Made by a program: the position numbers and the translations under genes. The notes below the pieces were generated by a model. That model made no database searches. It had not been told where the DNA came from and saw only the letters and a list, made by a program, of their open reading frames with translations. A DNA stretch of 63,137 nucleotides, the filler included, from an uncultured bacterium (lineage in GTDB: Bacteria > DAOPZR01), in assembly GCA_964637655.1 (NCBI GenBank). It is 23 parts of 23 records of this genome, joined end to end, with 100 filler letters (N's around TTAATTAATTAA, not from the genome) between each part and the next. Parts side by side here need not be neighbours in the genome. Positions count along the whole stretch, not along the records: positions 42,123 to 44,694 come from CAZWUZ010000400.1; positions 44,795 to 47,362 come from CAZWUZ010000401.1; positions 47,463 to 50,010 come from CAZWUZ010000402.1; positions 50,111 to 52,655 come from CAZWUZ010000403.1; positions 52,756 to 55,283 come from CAZWUZ010000404.1; 18 more parts are not named here. One strand, written 5' to 3'. Shown one piece after another: positions 42,123-52,818 of this stretch; position 1 is the stretch's first letter; the number at the start of each line of letters is the position of its first letter.

Positions 42123-44694
42123 TATTTTGCGCGGCACCCCGACCGCCCCGGCGCAGGTGGTGCAGGACAGCGCCACTGCTGTGTGGAAATTCACGTTTAC
42201 CCGCAACTGGTGGGGGACCACGGACAGTGCGGCAATCCGGCAGATGATCAGCGGGGCTGATTCCGTGAGTTTCACACCGTACCGACTGGGGACAGTCGAT
42301 ACGGCACCGGGGGCGGATACCGTGGCGCCGAATGCCCCGACGTCCGTGTCGGCGACGGCAATCAACGACAGTACGCTGCAGGTTGCCTGGACCGCGTCGG
42401 TTGGTTCGGAAGAACCGGAAGCGGCGGCCGGGCAGATGGAATACCGCGTCTACCGCTCGCTGACGCCGGACACGTCGTACGGGGAGTGGTGCGGGAGCGT
42501 CCCCTTCGGCACCAACATCTTTGCCGACAGCGGGCTCATGCCCCTGACGACCTATCACTATCGCGTGACCGTGCGCGACGCGGTCAGCGTGATGAACGAG
42601 TCGTTCTACTCCGATTCCATCGCTGCCGCCACGACGCTGGCTGACACTTCCGGACCGAATGCATGGTACGTTAACGACAGTGATACCACGGGTGATGTCT
42701 ACTGTAGTGCGCCGGGTGACACGGCCAATGACGGGCTGTCCCCGGCGACACCGAAGTACCGGGTGCCGGCGGTCATGGCACTGCTGACATCCGGCGACAC
42801 GGTATATATCGACGCCGGTCTGTACGGCGAAACGTTCAGCATTACGGTTGATAACATCTGGGTGGCGGGCGCCGATTCTTCAGCGACGCTATTTGATCCA
42901 CCGGGCGACTCGCTGACTGCCGGGCTGGTCGGCATCACGCTCAACGGCCGCAGCGGGGTAACCGTGCGCGACCTCGGGGTGCGCGGTGTGGAGAACGGCG
43001 TGAACGTGCTCAATGCCGCCGCCTGCCGGCTCGAACGGATCCGCCTGACCGAACACAACTGCGGCTTGTATGTCGATAACACCGACTACAGTGTATTCAC
43101 GGCGCTGGAAAGTATCGCGGGCACCTACGGCATCATGTTCTGGAGCATCAACGACAGCAACACTGTCAGCAACTGCCTGGTACAGGGAGCGACCTTCCCC
43201 TATTTCTTCCAGGGCGGGAATGCGGGCACGACGGCCAACCGCTACACGCTGGTCACCGGCAACACGGCCATCGGCGGCAACACGTCGTTCTACGGAGCCA
43301 TGGCGGGCGGAGCGAGCATGGGCAACATCGGCTGGCAGTTGCGCCACAACCGCGCCATCGGGGCCAGCACCTACGGGCTGTATGTGCTCGGCTACCAGGG
43401 CGGGGTGGCGGACGAGTATTTCGTACAGAACGACTTCGACACCGGGATCACCCTGCAGAGTTTCAACAGCGGCCTGATTTCGAAAAACAATATTTCCGGC
43501 ATCGTCGTCAACCAGACGGCGGTACCGCTGACCCGCAACTGGTGGGGGACGTCCGACAGCAGTGCCATCGCCGCGCGCATCAGCGGGGCAGGGTCGCACG
43601 TGTTTGCCCCCTACCGGTTCGGCCCGGTCGACACCGCGCCGGGCGGCGACACCGTCGCGCCGCGCGCGCCCGACACGGTTGCCGCCACCGTGCTTGACGA
43701 CACGAGCATTCGCGTCACCTGGGCGCAGACCACCACCTCCGAGGAGAGCGAGGCGGTCTTCAACGTTTCGTGGTATCGCATCCACCGCGCCTCGACTCCG
43801 GATGCCGCCTACTGGACGATGCGCGGCAGCGCGGTGGCGGGGGTGCAGGGCTGGACCGACCACACGCTGAATGCCGGTGAGACCTATTGCTATCGCATCA
43901 CCGCGGTTGACAATGCCAGCCCGTGGGAGAACGAGTCGTGGTACAGCGACAGCATTGCCGCCGCGCAGATCACGCTGCCGGACACCTCCGGGCCGAACCA
44001 CTGGTACGTCAATTTCGTCACGGGCGACACCTTCTATACCGGTCTGACCGCAGCAACCCCGAAAAAGTATATCAGCCAAATCACGCCGGGCGTGCTGCGC
44101 CCGGCCGGGCTGTCGCTGCTGACCGCGGGCGATACGGTCAATGTCGCAGCCGGCGTCTACAGCGAAACCGTGGCTATCGACACCGACAACGTCTGGCTGC
44201 TCGGTGCCGGTGACAGCACGATACTCTGGCAGCCGGCCGGTGCGGTCGGCACCGCGGTGCTTGAACTTCATGCGCGCACGGTACAGGTGCGCGATCTTGC
44301 GGTGCACGGCGGGGAGATCAGCGTTCTGCTCAAGGATGCGGACACGGCGACACTCGAGCACGTGCGCGTCGACAGCAGCAGCGCATACGGCGTGCGGCTG
44401 GAGACGACGACCGGGGCGCGCCTGCATGACCTGCGTCTCGATTCGCACGCGCAGTATGGCATCGATATATTCAGCGGGGCGGCAGCCACGATTGACAGTT
44501 GCAGCGTGCTGCATTCGGGGCTCAACGGTATCCGGGTACTGACCGACAGCAATACGCTGTCCCGAAACCTGGTGCAGCATACGGGCGAAGCCGCGGTCAA
44601 AGTCGACGGCGCCGACAGCAACCTGCTGACCGGCAACCGCATCGGGGAGAGTCGCAACAGCTGGTTCGGACTGTATCTCAATAACGCCAATGCC
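42123..44694 (+). CDS. Large surface protein with repeated FN3 + right-handed beta-helix (NosD/pectin-lyase-like) modules, internal fragment
   Basis: Module NWWGT.DS...DTAPG.DTVAP - FN3 - DTSGPN.WYVN - beta-helix occurs twice, 1332 nt apart. Confidence 0.85.
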
Positions 44695-44794
44695 NNNNNN
44701 NNNNNNNNNNNNNNNNNNNNNNNNNNNNNNNNNNNNNNTTAATTAATTAANNNNNNNNNNNNNNNNNNNNNNNNNNNNNNNNNNNNNNNNNNNN

Positions 44795-44849
44795 CGGCAC
44801 TCGGAGGAGAATACTGTGGTTGAAAACGGGTTATTTCAACAACCTGTTA
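44795..44849. mobile_element. Probable IS terminus (IS5-family-like end)
   Basis: The first 55 nt of the contig end in TTTCAACAACCTG-TTA, resembling CAGGYTGTTGAAA-type inverted repeats with a TTA/TAA target. Confidence 0.5.
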
Positions 44850-44929
44850 AACATCGGGGACGGAGCTCAAGTTATTAAGTTATGGCACAAGCCTTACGAT
44901 GACAGCATGATACGCGCCGGGGTAGACCA

Positions 44930-45136
44930 ATGAAAGAATGGCATTGCGATAAGTGCGGGATGGATTTTGCCGCGGCGGCGCAGCCGGAGAAATGTCCTGC
45001 CTGCGGCGGCATGGAGGTTGCACCGCGCGTTTCTCCCATGTTGTTGTCCGGCAAATTGAAGGAACGCTACACCTGCGACGGCTGCGACAAGAAGGGCACC
45101 TGCGATCCCGCCGACAAGTACAAGTGCTGTGACTAA
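44930..45136 (+). CDS. Small Cys-rich rubredoxin/Zn-ribbon-like protein (68 aa, 9 Cys)
   Basis: WHCDKCG...CPACGG, then CDGC...C...CC. Overlaps the next start. Confidence 0.7.
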   Translation: MKEWHCDKCGMDFAAAAQPEKCPACGGMEVAPRVSPMLLSGKLKERYTCDGCDKKGTCDPADKYKCCD

Positions 45137-45638
45137 ACTGAAAATCACAGCAATTGTCGTGGTGACGCTGTTCCTGGGAACATGGTTTATCGCATCGAAA
45201 ATCAGTGACAAGCATGGACAGTTTCTCGCAATGCACCGGGTGTCCGAAATCTACGACAACCACATATCCGACCAGTTCAGCGTGCTTGAAGACGAGATGT
45301 TTGCGGTTGGCCCGGAGGCGTTCCAGGATTCGCTGCCGCTGGCGAGCGTGCTAGCGGATACGGTGTTTACCAGATGCTGGAAGACGCAGCAGGAATTCCG
45401 CTGGCTGCGTCTGCCGCAGCAGCCGGAACGAATCCTCATCTGGTGTCCGGAAGCGCATTACACGGTTGACGAACGGCAGGTGCATGCAGGGATGATTACG
45501 GATTTTTCCGTTCGCCGCGTGGAGTGGGTCATCATCGCAGCACCATTCGTCCCGGAACAGCCGGACCGCATGCTGTTGCTGCCGACCCCGGCCTACTGGA
45601 AATTCGATCATCGCGGTACAGACACAGGAACTTCGTGA
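45129..45638 (+). CDS. Membrane-anchored hypothetical protein
   Basis: N-terminal TM helix. Overlaps both neighbours. Confidence 0.6.
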   Translation: MTKLKITAIVVVTLFLGTWFIASKISDKHGQFLAMHRVSEIYDNHISDQFSVLEDEMFAVGPEAFQDSLPLASVLADTVFTRCWKTQQEFRWLRLPQQPERILIWCPEAHYTVDERQVHAGMITDFSVRRVEWVIIAAPFVPEQPDRMLLLPTPAYWKFDHRGTDTGTS

Positions 45639-46621
45639 TGGAATTGCTTGCCGGATTGCTGCTGTCGTTCGTGCTGCCGCTGGTCCCGGCGCTGGCGTTT
45701 ATCGCGCTGCTCTGGTGGCTCGACCGCTACGAGCGCGAACCGCTCTGGCTGCTCACGGTCGCCTTCCTCTGGGGGGCGGTGCCGACTATCCTGCTGTCGC
45801 TCGTCGTGCAACTGGTGCTTGCCGTGCCGGTTGACGCCATGTTCGGCGACTCGCTGGCCGGGGCGCTGGCGGGGGGGAGCATCATCGCACCACTCTCGGA
45901 AGAGGGGTTCAAGGCGCTGCTCGTGCTCGGGCTGTTTTTCCTGTACCGGCGCGAGTTCGACGGTCCCCTTGACGGCATCCTCTACGGCGCGCTGGTCGGG
46001 TTCGGCTTCTCGGTGGTCGAAGACGCGATGTATCTGCTAAGCGCGCTGCATGAGGGCGGATGGGGCCAGTGGGGCGTGCTGGCGGCGCTGCGTGTCGGGC
46101 TGTTCACGCTCAACCACTCGCTCTTCACGGCGATGACCGGGCTCGGCTTCGGCCTGGCGCGCCTCTGCGCGCGCTGGTGGCCGAAACCGCTGCTCATCCT
46201 CGCGGGCTTCGCGCTGGCGGTGTTCCTGCACGCGTTCCATAACGCGGGCGCGGCGCTGGCGGAGACGACGGGCGGCTTTTCGTTCCTGCTCATCCTCGCC
46301 GTCGACTGGCTCGGTGCGGTGCTGATTTTCTTTCTGCTGCTGCTCTTTGCGCAACTCGAGAAGGGATGGCTGAAGGAGCTGGCGACGGAAGTGGCAAGCG
46401 GACTGCTGACGGCGGAGGAATATCGCGTTGCCGGCAGTTATCGCGCCCGTTTCGCGGATGGATGGCGCGTGCTCTTCCGGCAGGGACCGCTGCCGTGGTG
46501 GCGGGCGCGGCGGCGTATCGCCCTGCTCACCGAACTCGCCTACAAGATACATCAGCGCGCGCTGACGGGTGACGCGGGGTATGACCGGCTTATTGACGGA
46601 CTACGGGCGCGCCTGCGCTGA
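45638..46621 (+). CDS. prsW: PrsW family intramembrane protease
   Basis: LDRYEREP, APLSEEGFK, DGILYGALVGFGFSVVED, HSLFT and LHAFHN. Confidence 0.92.
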   Translation: MELLAGLLLSFVLPLVPALAFIALLWWLDRYEREPLWLLTVAFLWGAVPTILLSLVVQLVLAVPVDAMFGDSLAGALAGGSIIAPLSEEGFKALLVLGLFFLYRREFDGPLDGILYGALVGFGFSVVEDAMYLLSALHEGGWGQWGVLAALRVGLFTLNHSLFTAMTGLGFGLARLCARWWPKPLLILAGFALAVFLHAFHNAGAALAETTGGFSFLLILAVDWLGAVLIFFLLLLFAQLEKGWLKELATEVASGLLTAEEYRVAGSYRARFADGWRVLFRQGPLPWWRARRRIALLTELAYKIHQRALTGDAGYDRLIDGLRARLR

Positions 46622-46637
46622 CGGGATGAGGACGATG

Positions 46638-46814
46638 ATGACGGACGGGAACGGGGAGCGGGCGGCAAAGGAACTGCACGAAGGGGAACTGGAACGCGTC
46701 AGCGGTGGCGGCGGCGCTTACTGTTCACCGCCCGCCGGGGTGCGCGAGCAGGCGCAGTGCCAGCAGGGGCAGGCCTACTGCGCGACCTGCCAGTACCGCA
46801 CAGGGAATGCGTAG
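46638..46814 (+). CDS. Double-glycine-leader peptide precursor (bacteriocin/RiPP-like), Cys-rich core
   Basis: GAGGA RBS. Leader ...KELHEGELERVSGG, core GGAYCSPPAGVREQAQCQQGQAYCATCQYRTGNA. Alternative ATGs at 46626 and 46635. Confidence 0.75.
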   Translation: MTDGNGERAAKELHEGELERVSGGGGAYCSPPAGVREQAQCQQGQAYCATCQYRTGNA

Positions 46815-46817
46815 GGC

Positions 46818-47362
46818 TCAGGTCGGCCCGTAGCCGCTGCCGATAGCGGAGAAGGGAAGCTCCAGCCCGAGCGCGGGCACCTGTTGTCCAATCCAGGCGA
46901 TGAAGGTGTTGCTGTTGGGACCGGGGAAGGCGGCGTAGGTGTCCGCCCACGGGTAGGTGCGCGCGGCGGCATCAACCTGGTCGATCAGCGCGTCCACACC
47001 GTCGCCCTGATGCGCCTTGAGCAGGCGCGGCGCATTGCCATACCAGCGGCGGTCGGGCACATCCTGCTCAATGCGCACCAGCGGCAGTCCGCGCCGCTGG
47101 CGGAACCCGATGACTTCGTAGACCGTATAGGAGGTATCGCCTGTATGCTTGGCGGCAATCCATGTGTGGATGGCGAACCACCCGCGCCAGCCGTACGTCG
47201 AGGCACCATAAACGTGCAGCACCGCGTCGCGGGTGGTGGTTGGCTCGGGCGCGATACCGGCTGACTCGCGACTCGCGGTGCGCCAACTCCCCGAGCTGCC
47301 GGCACACCCCGCCCCGATAGCGACGAGGATGAGCAGCAGCACGACGGCAAGGCCAATCCGCT
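46818..47362 (-). CDS. DUF3750 family lipoprotein, 5' partial
   Basis: WRTASRESAGIAP, WRGWFAIHTWIA, PDRRWYG and PGPNSNTFIAW. Confidence 0.8.
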
Positions 47363-47464
47363 NNNNNNNNNNNNNNNNNNNNNNNNNNNNNNNNNNNNNN
47401 NNNNNNTTAATTAATTAANNNNNNNNNNNNNNNNNNNNNNNNNNNNNNNNNNNNNNNNNNNNCG

Positions 47465-50010
47465 GCGCGTGAACAGCAGCAGCAATGCGAGGCGGAGAGC
47501 GCCGCCCTGCAGCGGCAGCTGGCGGCAGCGGCAGAAGAACTGGCTGCCCGGAGCGCGGCGGTGGAGCAGGCCGGTCATGAACTGGCCGCCCGGCGCGAAG
47601 CACAGACCGGTGCAGCGCGCGAACGGGATGCCGCCCGCGCGGAACTGGCGGCAGCCCGTACCGCAGTCGAGACGGCCGCCGCGCAGGTGGCAACGCTGCG
47701 CGCACAGGCGGCGGCGATGGCAGAGGGGAACACCCGCCTGCAGGCGGAAGCGCAGCGGCAGGCGGCGGAAGCGCAGCGGCAGGAGGCGGCGGCGCGTGCC
47801 GCTGAACAGCGCGCGGCGCGTGCCGCAACCGCGCTCGACCGGCTGGCCCGGCGGCGTCGCAAGGCGCAGCGCCTGCGCCGCCGTTTCGTGCAGACCCTGG
47901 CGGCGTTGCGTACAACCTGTGCCGCGCAGCAGCAGGAACAGCGCGCTGTGGCCGCGGCGGTGCAGCAGGCCGGTGAGGAACTGCGGCAGCAGGAAGCGCT
48001 GCGCCGGGCGGCACACGAGGCGCAGCGGACGGAAACAGAGCGGCTGGTGGCGCTGCGCGCAGCGACGGCCGGACTCGAGGCCACACGCAGTGCCCTCGCC
48101 GCAGCGGAGGAACGGCTGCAGCGGGCGGCCGTGGCGGAAACGGAGCAGCGCACGGTTGCCGCCGCGCTGGAGCAGCGGCTGGTGGCGCTGCAGGCGGAAG
48201 TGACGGCGCGGCAGACGGAGGCCGAAAACGGGGCGCGGGCGGCGGAGGACGCTGCCGCCCGCGGCGAACTGCTGCGCACCGCGCTGGCGGCGCAGGAGCA
48301 GCTGCTGCAGGAGCGGCGGGCGCAGGTCGGCAGGGAACAGGAGGCGCTCAGCGACGTGCGTGACCGCCAGGCGGCCGCCCGTGCGGAACTGGACCGCCTC
48401 CGGCAGCAGGCGACGGCCGCGCAGCAGGAGGAACAGCAGGCGCGGGCGGAAACCGCGGCGCAGGCGCAGGCGGCGGCGGCGGCGCGGGAACGGCTGGCGG
48501 CGGCGCAGGACGCAACGGCACAGGCGGAAGGTGAACGCGTCAAATTGCAGGTGCAGACGGTGCGCCTGCGCGAACGCCTGGCGGCGCAGCGGGCGGCGGT
48601 GCAGGCGGCACAGGCCGCCTCGCAGGCGGCCATGGCCCGCTGCGGAGAACTGCAGCGGCAGGCGGAGGCGTCGCGCGAAGCTGCCGCGCGCCTGCATGAC
48701 CTGGAACGCGAACTGGCGCAGGCGACTGTGCGGCAGGAAACCGTGCGCGCCGCCGCGCGCGAACTGGCGGAACTGCAGCAGCAGCGCGCGGCCGCCGCGG
48801 CGGAACATGAAGCACTGCAGGCGGCGGCGCACCGCGCCCGGACGGAGCTGGAACAGGCGCAGGCAGCGGCGGCGGCAGCGGCGGCGCAGTGCGCGGCGGA
48901 AGAAGCGCGTGTCGCTGCACTGCGGCAGCAGCGGGCGGAGGAAGAGGAATTTCTCGCCCGCCAGGCGGAAACCTTCGCGGAACTGCAGCGCGCCCGTCAG
49001 ACCCTGCAGGGCGAATGTGCGGAAACGCAGGCGGCCCAGGCGGCCGCGCAGCAGGAATTGACAATGCTGCGTGAGCAGTTGGCGCAGCAGCGGGCAGCGG
49101 TGGCGGCTGGCGAACAGCAGATCGCAGAACGGATGGCGGTGTACGCGGCCGCGGTCGCGCGTGAAACGGAACTGCAGGAACGCATGCAGCGCCTGGCCGT
49201 GGCGGCCGACGCCGCGGAGACGGCGGCCGCGGGCGCGGCGGCACAGCGCGAAACGGAACTGACAGCGCAGGTACGGCGCCTGACGGACGAACAGCTGGCA
49301 GCAGCGGCGCGCGAAGCGGAACTGCAGGAACGGATACGGTGCCTGACGGCGGCAGCTGACGATACGGAACGCGCGGTCGCGGGCGCGGCGGCACAGCGCG
49401 CGGCGGAACTGGCAGCGCAGGTCCAGCGGCTGACGGATGAGCAGACGGCGGCACGCGACCGCGAAGCGGAACTGACGGCGCAGGTGCAACGGTTGACGGA
49501 ACAGCAGGCGACAGCACTGCCGGCGCCGGCTGACACCGGGGCTGGCGTGGGGGCACAGCACCTGCTGACGGAGTACGCGCAGGCCCGTGAACAGCTCGCG
49601 CGTGAACTGGCCACACATCTGCAGCGGTGCGTGGCGGCGGAAGAGGCAACGCCGGCAGCACGTGAAACGGAAAAACAAACAGCCGCCGCAGCGGCGCAGC
49701 GCGCGGCGCTGCTGCAGGAATGTGCGGCACTGACGGCGCAGCGCGATGACGTGCAGCAGCAGATGCGGGCAGCACAGCAGCAGCAGGCGGAACTGGATTC
49801 AGCGGCGGCGCAGCGCGAGGCGCTGCTGCAGGAATGTGCGGCACTGACCGCGCAGCGCGACGAAGTGCAGCAGCAGGTGCGGGCAGCACAGCAGCAGCAG
49901 GCGGAAGTGAACGCGGCGACAGCGCAGCGCGAGGCGCTGCTGCAGGAAGTGGCAACACTGACCGCGCAGCGCGACGAAGTGCAGCAGCAGGTGCGGGCAG
50001 CACAGCAGCA
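47465..50010 (+). CDS. Very long Ala/Gln/Glu/Arg-rich coiled-coil protein, internal fragment
   Basis: The frame is open across the whole contig, has very few Pro or aromatic residues, and carries internal repeats. Confidence 0.8.
49694..50010 (+). repeat. Intragenic 114-bp (38-aa) tandem repeat, about 2.8 copies
   Basis: Units start at 49694, 49808 and 49922 (AQREALLQECAALTAQRDEVQQQVRAAQQQQAE...). Confidence 0.9.
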
Positions 50011-50110
50011 NNNNNNNNNNNNNNNNNNNNNNNNNNNNNNNNNNNNNNNNNNNNTTAATTAATTAANNNNNNNNNNNNNNNNNNNNNNNNNNNNNNNNNN
50101 NNNNNNNNNN

Positions 50111-50165
50111 GACTGCTGCCGTCCCTGTTTAGCTGTTAGGCTTGCCCGGATGCGGAATCACTGCC
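50111..50165 (-). mobile_element. End of a multicopy element (probable IS), copy 2, inside the DUF2148 gene
   Basis: Exact reverse complement of 33741-33795. Confidence 0.75.
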
Positions 50166-50602
50166 GCGTACCCGGCGGTATACATGATGCGGTTGTCCAT
50201 GCGCCGGTCCGCCGCGAGCGAAACCGCCGACCCGAGCGCAATGCCCAGGTCGCCCGGCACAAAGACGCACATGCCCCGCGCCGCTTTGCACCCGGCGCAG
50301 TCGCCGAACCCGCAGAACCCGCACGTGCGCAGGCCCATGACGGTATGTTCCGTCCCGAGCAGCACGAGCACCAGCGCCTGGCGCAGCCCGGCCGCGTCGC
50401 GGGTAAAGGGTGATTTTTCAACCCCGGCGCCGATGGTCACCATGGTCTCCGCCACGGCGTCCTTCTCCGCGCCGGAGAGAATCATGGCGTGGAGCAGGTC
50501 ACGCCCGCGCCCCTTGGGCGCCGTGCGCGCCGCCGCCACCATCGCCTGCGCCGCCGCCAGCACGGCCGCCTGTTCCGCGGCCGCGGCGTCGATACGCGTC
50601 AT
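50129..50602 (-). pseudogene. DUF2148 ferredoxin-domain protein, 3' end replaced by element sequence
   Basis: AARTAPKGRG, CGFCGFGDC, DLGIALGSAV and DNRIMYTAG, then a tail (VIPHPGKPNS*) read from the repeat. Confidence 0.75.
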
Positions 50603-51855
50603 GCGCAGCCGCTGTTTTCCGCGTAGAGCGGGAAGCGGGCGCAGAGCGCGCCCACCTCGGTACGCAGGCGCGCCTGCAGCGCCGCATCGGCGGGGGCCTC
50701 GACCACCTGCGCAATCCAGCGCGCAATCTGCCGCATTTCCGCTTCGCGCATGCCGCGCGTGGTGAGCGCCGGCGTGCCGAAGCGCACACCGCTCGCCTGC
50801 GCCGGGGAGCGCGTCTCGAACGGGATGGTGTTCTTGTTGGCGGTGATCCCCGCCGCCTCGAGTGCCGCCTGCGCCTGCGCCCCCGTCACCTCGCGCGGGC
50901 GCAGGTCGATGAGCAGCAGGTGCGTGTCGGTGCCGCCGGAAACCACGCGTATGCCCGCCTGCTGCAGTTCCGCCGCCAGCGCCTGCGCGTTGGCCACCAC
51001 CTGCCGCTGGTAGTCACGGAATTCCGGGCGCAGCGCCTCGCCGAAGGCGACCGCCTTGGCGGCGATGATATGCATCAGCGGCCCGCCCTGCATGCCCGGG
51101 AAGACCGCCTTGTCGATCTGCTTCGCGATCTCGCCGTCGGTACAGAGCACCATGCCGCCGCGCGGCCCGCGCAGCGTCTTGTGCGTCGTCGTGGTCACCG
51201 CGGTCGCATGCGGCACCGGCGAGGGATGCACCCCCGCCGCCACCAGTCCCGCGATATGCGCCATGTCGACCAGCAGGTGCGCTTCGACCGACTCGGCAAT
51301 GGCGCGGAAGCGCGCGAAATCGAGCGTGCGCGGGTAGGCGGAAGCGCCCGCGACGATGAGGTCCGGACTGACCTCGTGCGCCTGCTTCTCCAGCGCGTCG
51401 TAGTCGATGGTTTCCGTCTCGCGCGTTACCCCGTAATGCGTAACCGCGTAGAGTTGCCCCGAGAAGTTGACCCGGCTGCCGTGCGTCAGGTGGCCGCCAT
51501 GCGCGAGGTCCATGGTCAGGATGCGCGCGCCCGGCTTGAGCAGCGCGAAGTAGACCGCCATGTTCGCCTGCGACCCGGAGTGCGGCTGCACATTGGCGAA
51601 GGGAGCGCCGAACAGTTCCCGCGCCCGCGCCCGGGCGAGATCCTCGACGGTATCCACCACCTCGCAGCCGCCGTAATAGCGCTTCCCGGGATACCCCTCC
51701 GCGTACTTGTTGGTCAGCGGGCTCCCCGCCGCCGCCAGCACCGCCGCGCTGGCGAAGTTTTCCGAGGCGATCATTTCCAGCGTGCCCTGCTGCCGCGCCA
51801 GTTCCGCAGCGACCGCCTGCGCCACCGCCGGGACCTGCTGTGCCAGTATGCTCAT
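50599..51855 (-). CDS. glyA: Serine hydroxymethyltransferase
   Basis: [40 protein letters not shown] and [13 protein letters not shown]. Confidence 0.98.
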   Translation of the reverse strand: MSILAQQVPAVAQAVAAELARQQGTLEMIASENFASAAVLAAAGSPLTNKYAEGYPGKRYYGGCEVVDTVEDLARARARELFGAPFANVQPHSGSQANMAVYFALLKPGARILTMDLAHGGHLTHGSRVNFSGQLYAVTHYGVTRETETIDYDALEKQAHEVSPDLIVAGASAYPRTLDFARFRAIAESVEAHLLVDMAHIAGLVAAGVHPSPVPHATAVTTTTHKTLRGPRGGMVLCTDGEIAKQIDKAVFPGMQGGPLMHIIAAKAVAFGEALRPEFRDYQRQVVANAQALAAELQQAGIRVVSGGTDTHLLLIDLRPREVTGAQAQAALEAAGITANKNTIPFETRSPAQASGVRFGTPALTTRGMREAEMRQIARWIAQVVEAPADAALQARLRTEVGALCARFPLYAENSGCA

Positions 51856-51858
51856 GAG

Positions 51859-52626
51859 TCAGCCGTTGTCCTTTCCTTTGCGCGGGGCGCCGCACGCCCG
51901 CTGCCGCATCACTTCCGCCATGACGATGGCGCCCGCCGCCGCCACGTTCAGCGACTGGGTCAGCCCCTGCTGCGGGATACGGACGCGGTAATCGCACCGG
52001 TCGCAGACCAGCCGCCGCAGGCCGTCCCCCTCGTTGCCGACGATGACGCAGACGGGACCGGTCAGGTCGGTATGCCACAGCGACGTACCGTTGTCAACCA
52101 CCGTCCCGGCCAGCCAGATGCCGCGTTCGCGCAGGGTTTCCATCGCCTGCACGGTGTTGCCGATGCCGGCCAGCAGCAGGTGCGCTGCCGCCCCCGAAGC
52201 CGCGCGCTCCACCGCGGCGGTCAGCCCCGCGCTGCGCCGCGCCGGCAGGAGGAGCGCATGGAAGCCGAGCGTCTCCGCCGCACGGATAAGCGCTCCGAGA
52301 TTCTGCGGGTCCTGCACCTCGTCCGCCAGCAGCAGCGCCGGCTGCTTGCCGTCGAGGCGCGGCCAGAGCTCATCGAGTTCCAGCAGTGCCAGCGGGGGGC
52401 AGAGCGCCACCACCCCCTGGTGATGCGCCCCCTGGGCCAGCGCGTCGAGTTTCGTCTCGGGTACCGCTGCCAGCGGAATGCCCCGCTGTTTCGCCAGCGC
52501 GGGGAGGTCGGTCCCCGACTGCGCCGCCGCGGACAGGTAGAGATGCAGCACCTTCCGGGTGCCCGCCTGCAGCAGGTCGCGCACGGGATTGCGCCCGCAG
52601 ACCGCGACGGCGTCTTTTGTGCTCAT
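51859..52626 (-). CDS. rlmB: 23S rRNA Gm2251 methyltransferase (TrmH/SpoU family)
   Basis: GRNPV, HQGVVA, DPQNLGALIR, GNEGDG and SLNVAAA. Confidence 0.92.
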   Translation of the reverse strand: MSTKDAVAVCGRNPVRDLLQAGTRKVLHLYLSAAAQSGTDLPALAKQRGIPLAAVPETKLDALAQGAHHQGVVALCPPLALLELDELWPRLDGKQPALLLADEVQDPQNLGALIRAAETLGFHALLLPARRSAGLTAAVERAASGAAAHLLLAGIGNTVQAMETLRERGIWLAGTVVDNGTSLWHTDLTGPVCVIVGNEGDGLRRLVCDRCDYRVRIPQQGLTQSLNVAAAGAIVMAEVMRQRACGAPRKGKDNG

Positions 52627-52818
52627 ACCTGCTCCTGCGGCGCCGGCGTCAGCAGNNNNNNNNNNNNNNNNNNNNNNNNNNNNNNNNNNNNNNNNNNNNT
52701 TAATTAATTAANNNNNNNNNNNNNNNNNNNNNNNNNNNNNNNNNNNNNNNNNNNNCAGTATCCTGCGGGTGGCAGTCCCGCTGCCGATTCCCGGCATGTC
52801 ATCGCTTCTGTCGTGTTT

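Noticed and set aside
49694-50010. 114-bp tandem repeats as CRISPR or satellite
   Set aside because: They are in-frame coding repeats without unique spacers.
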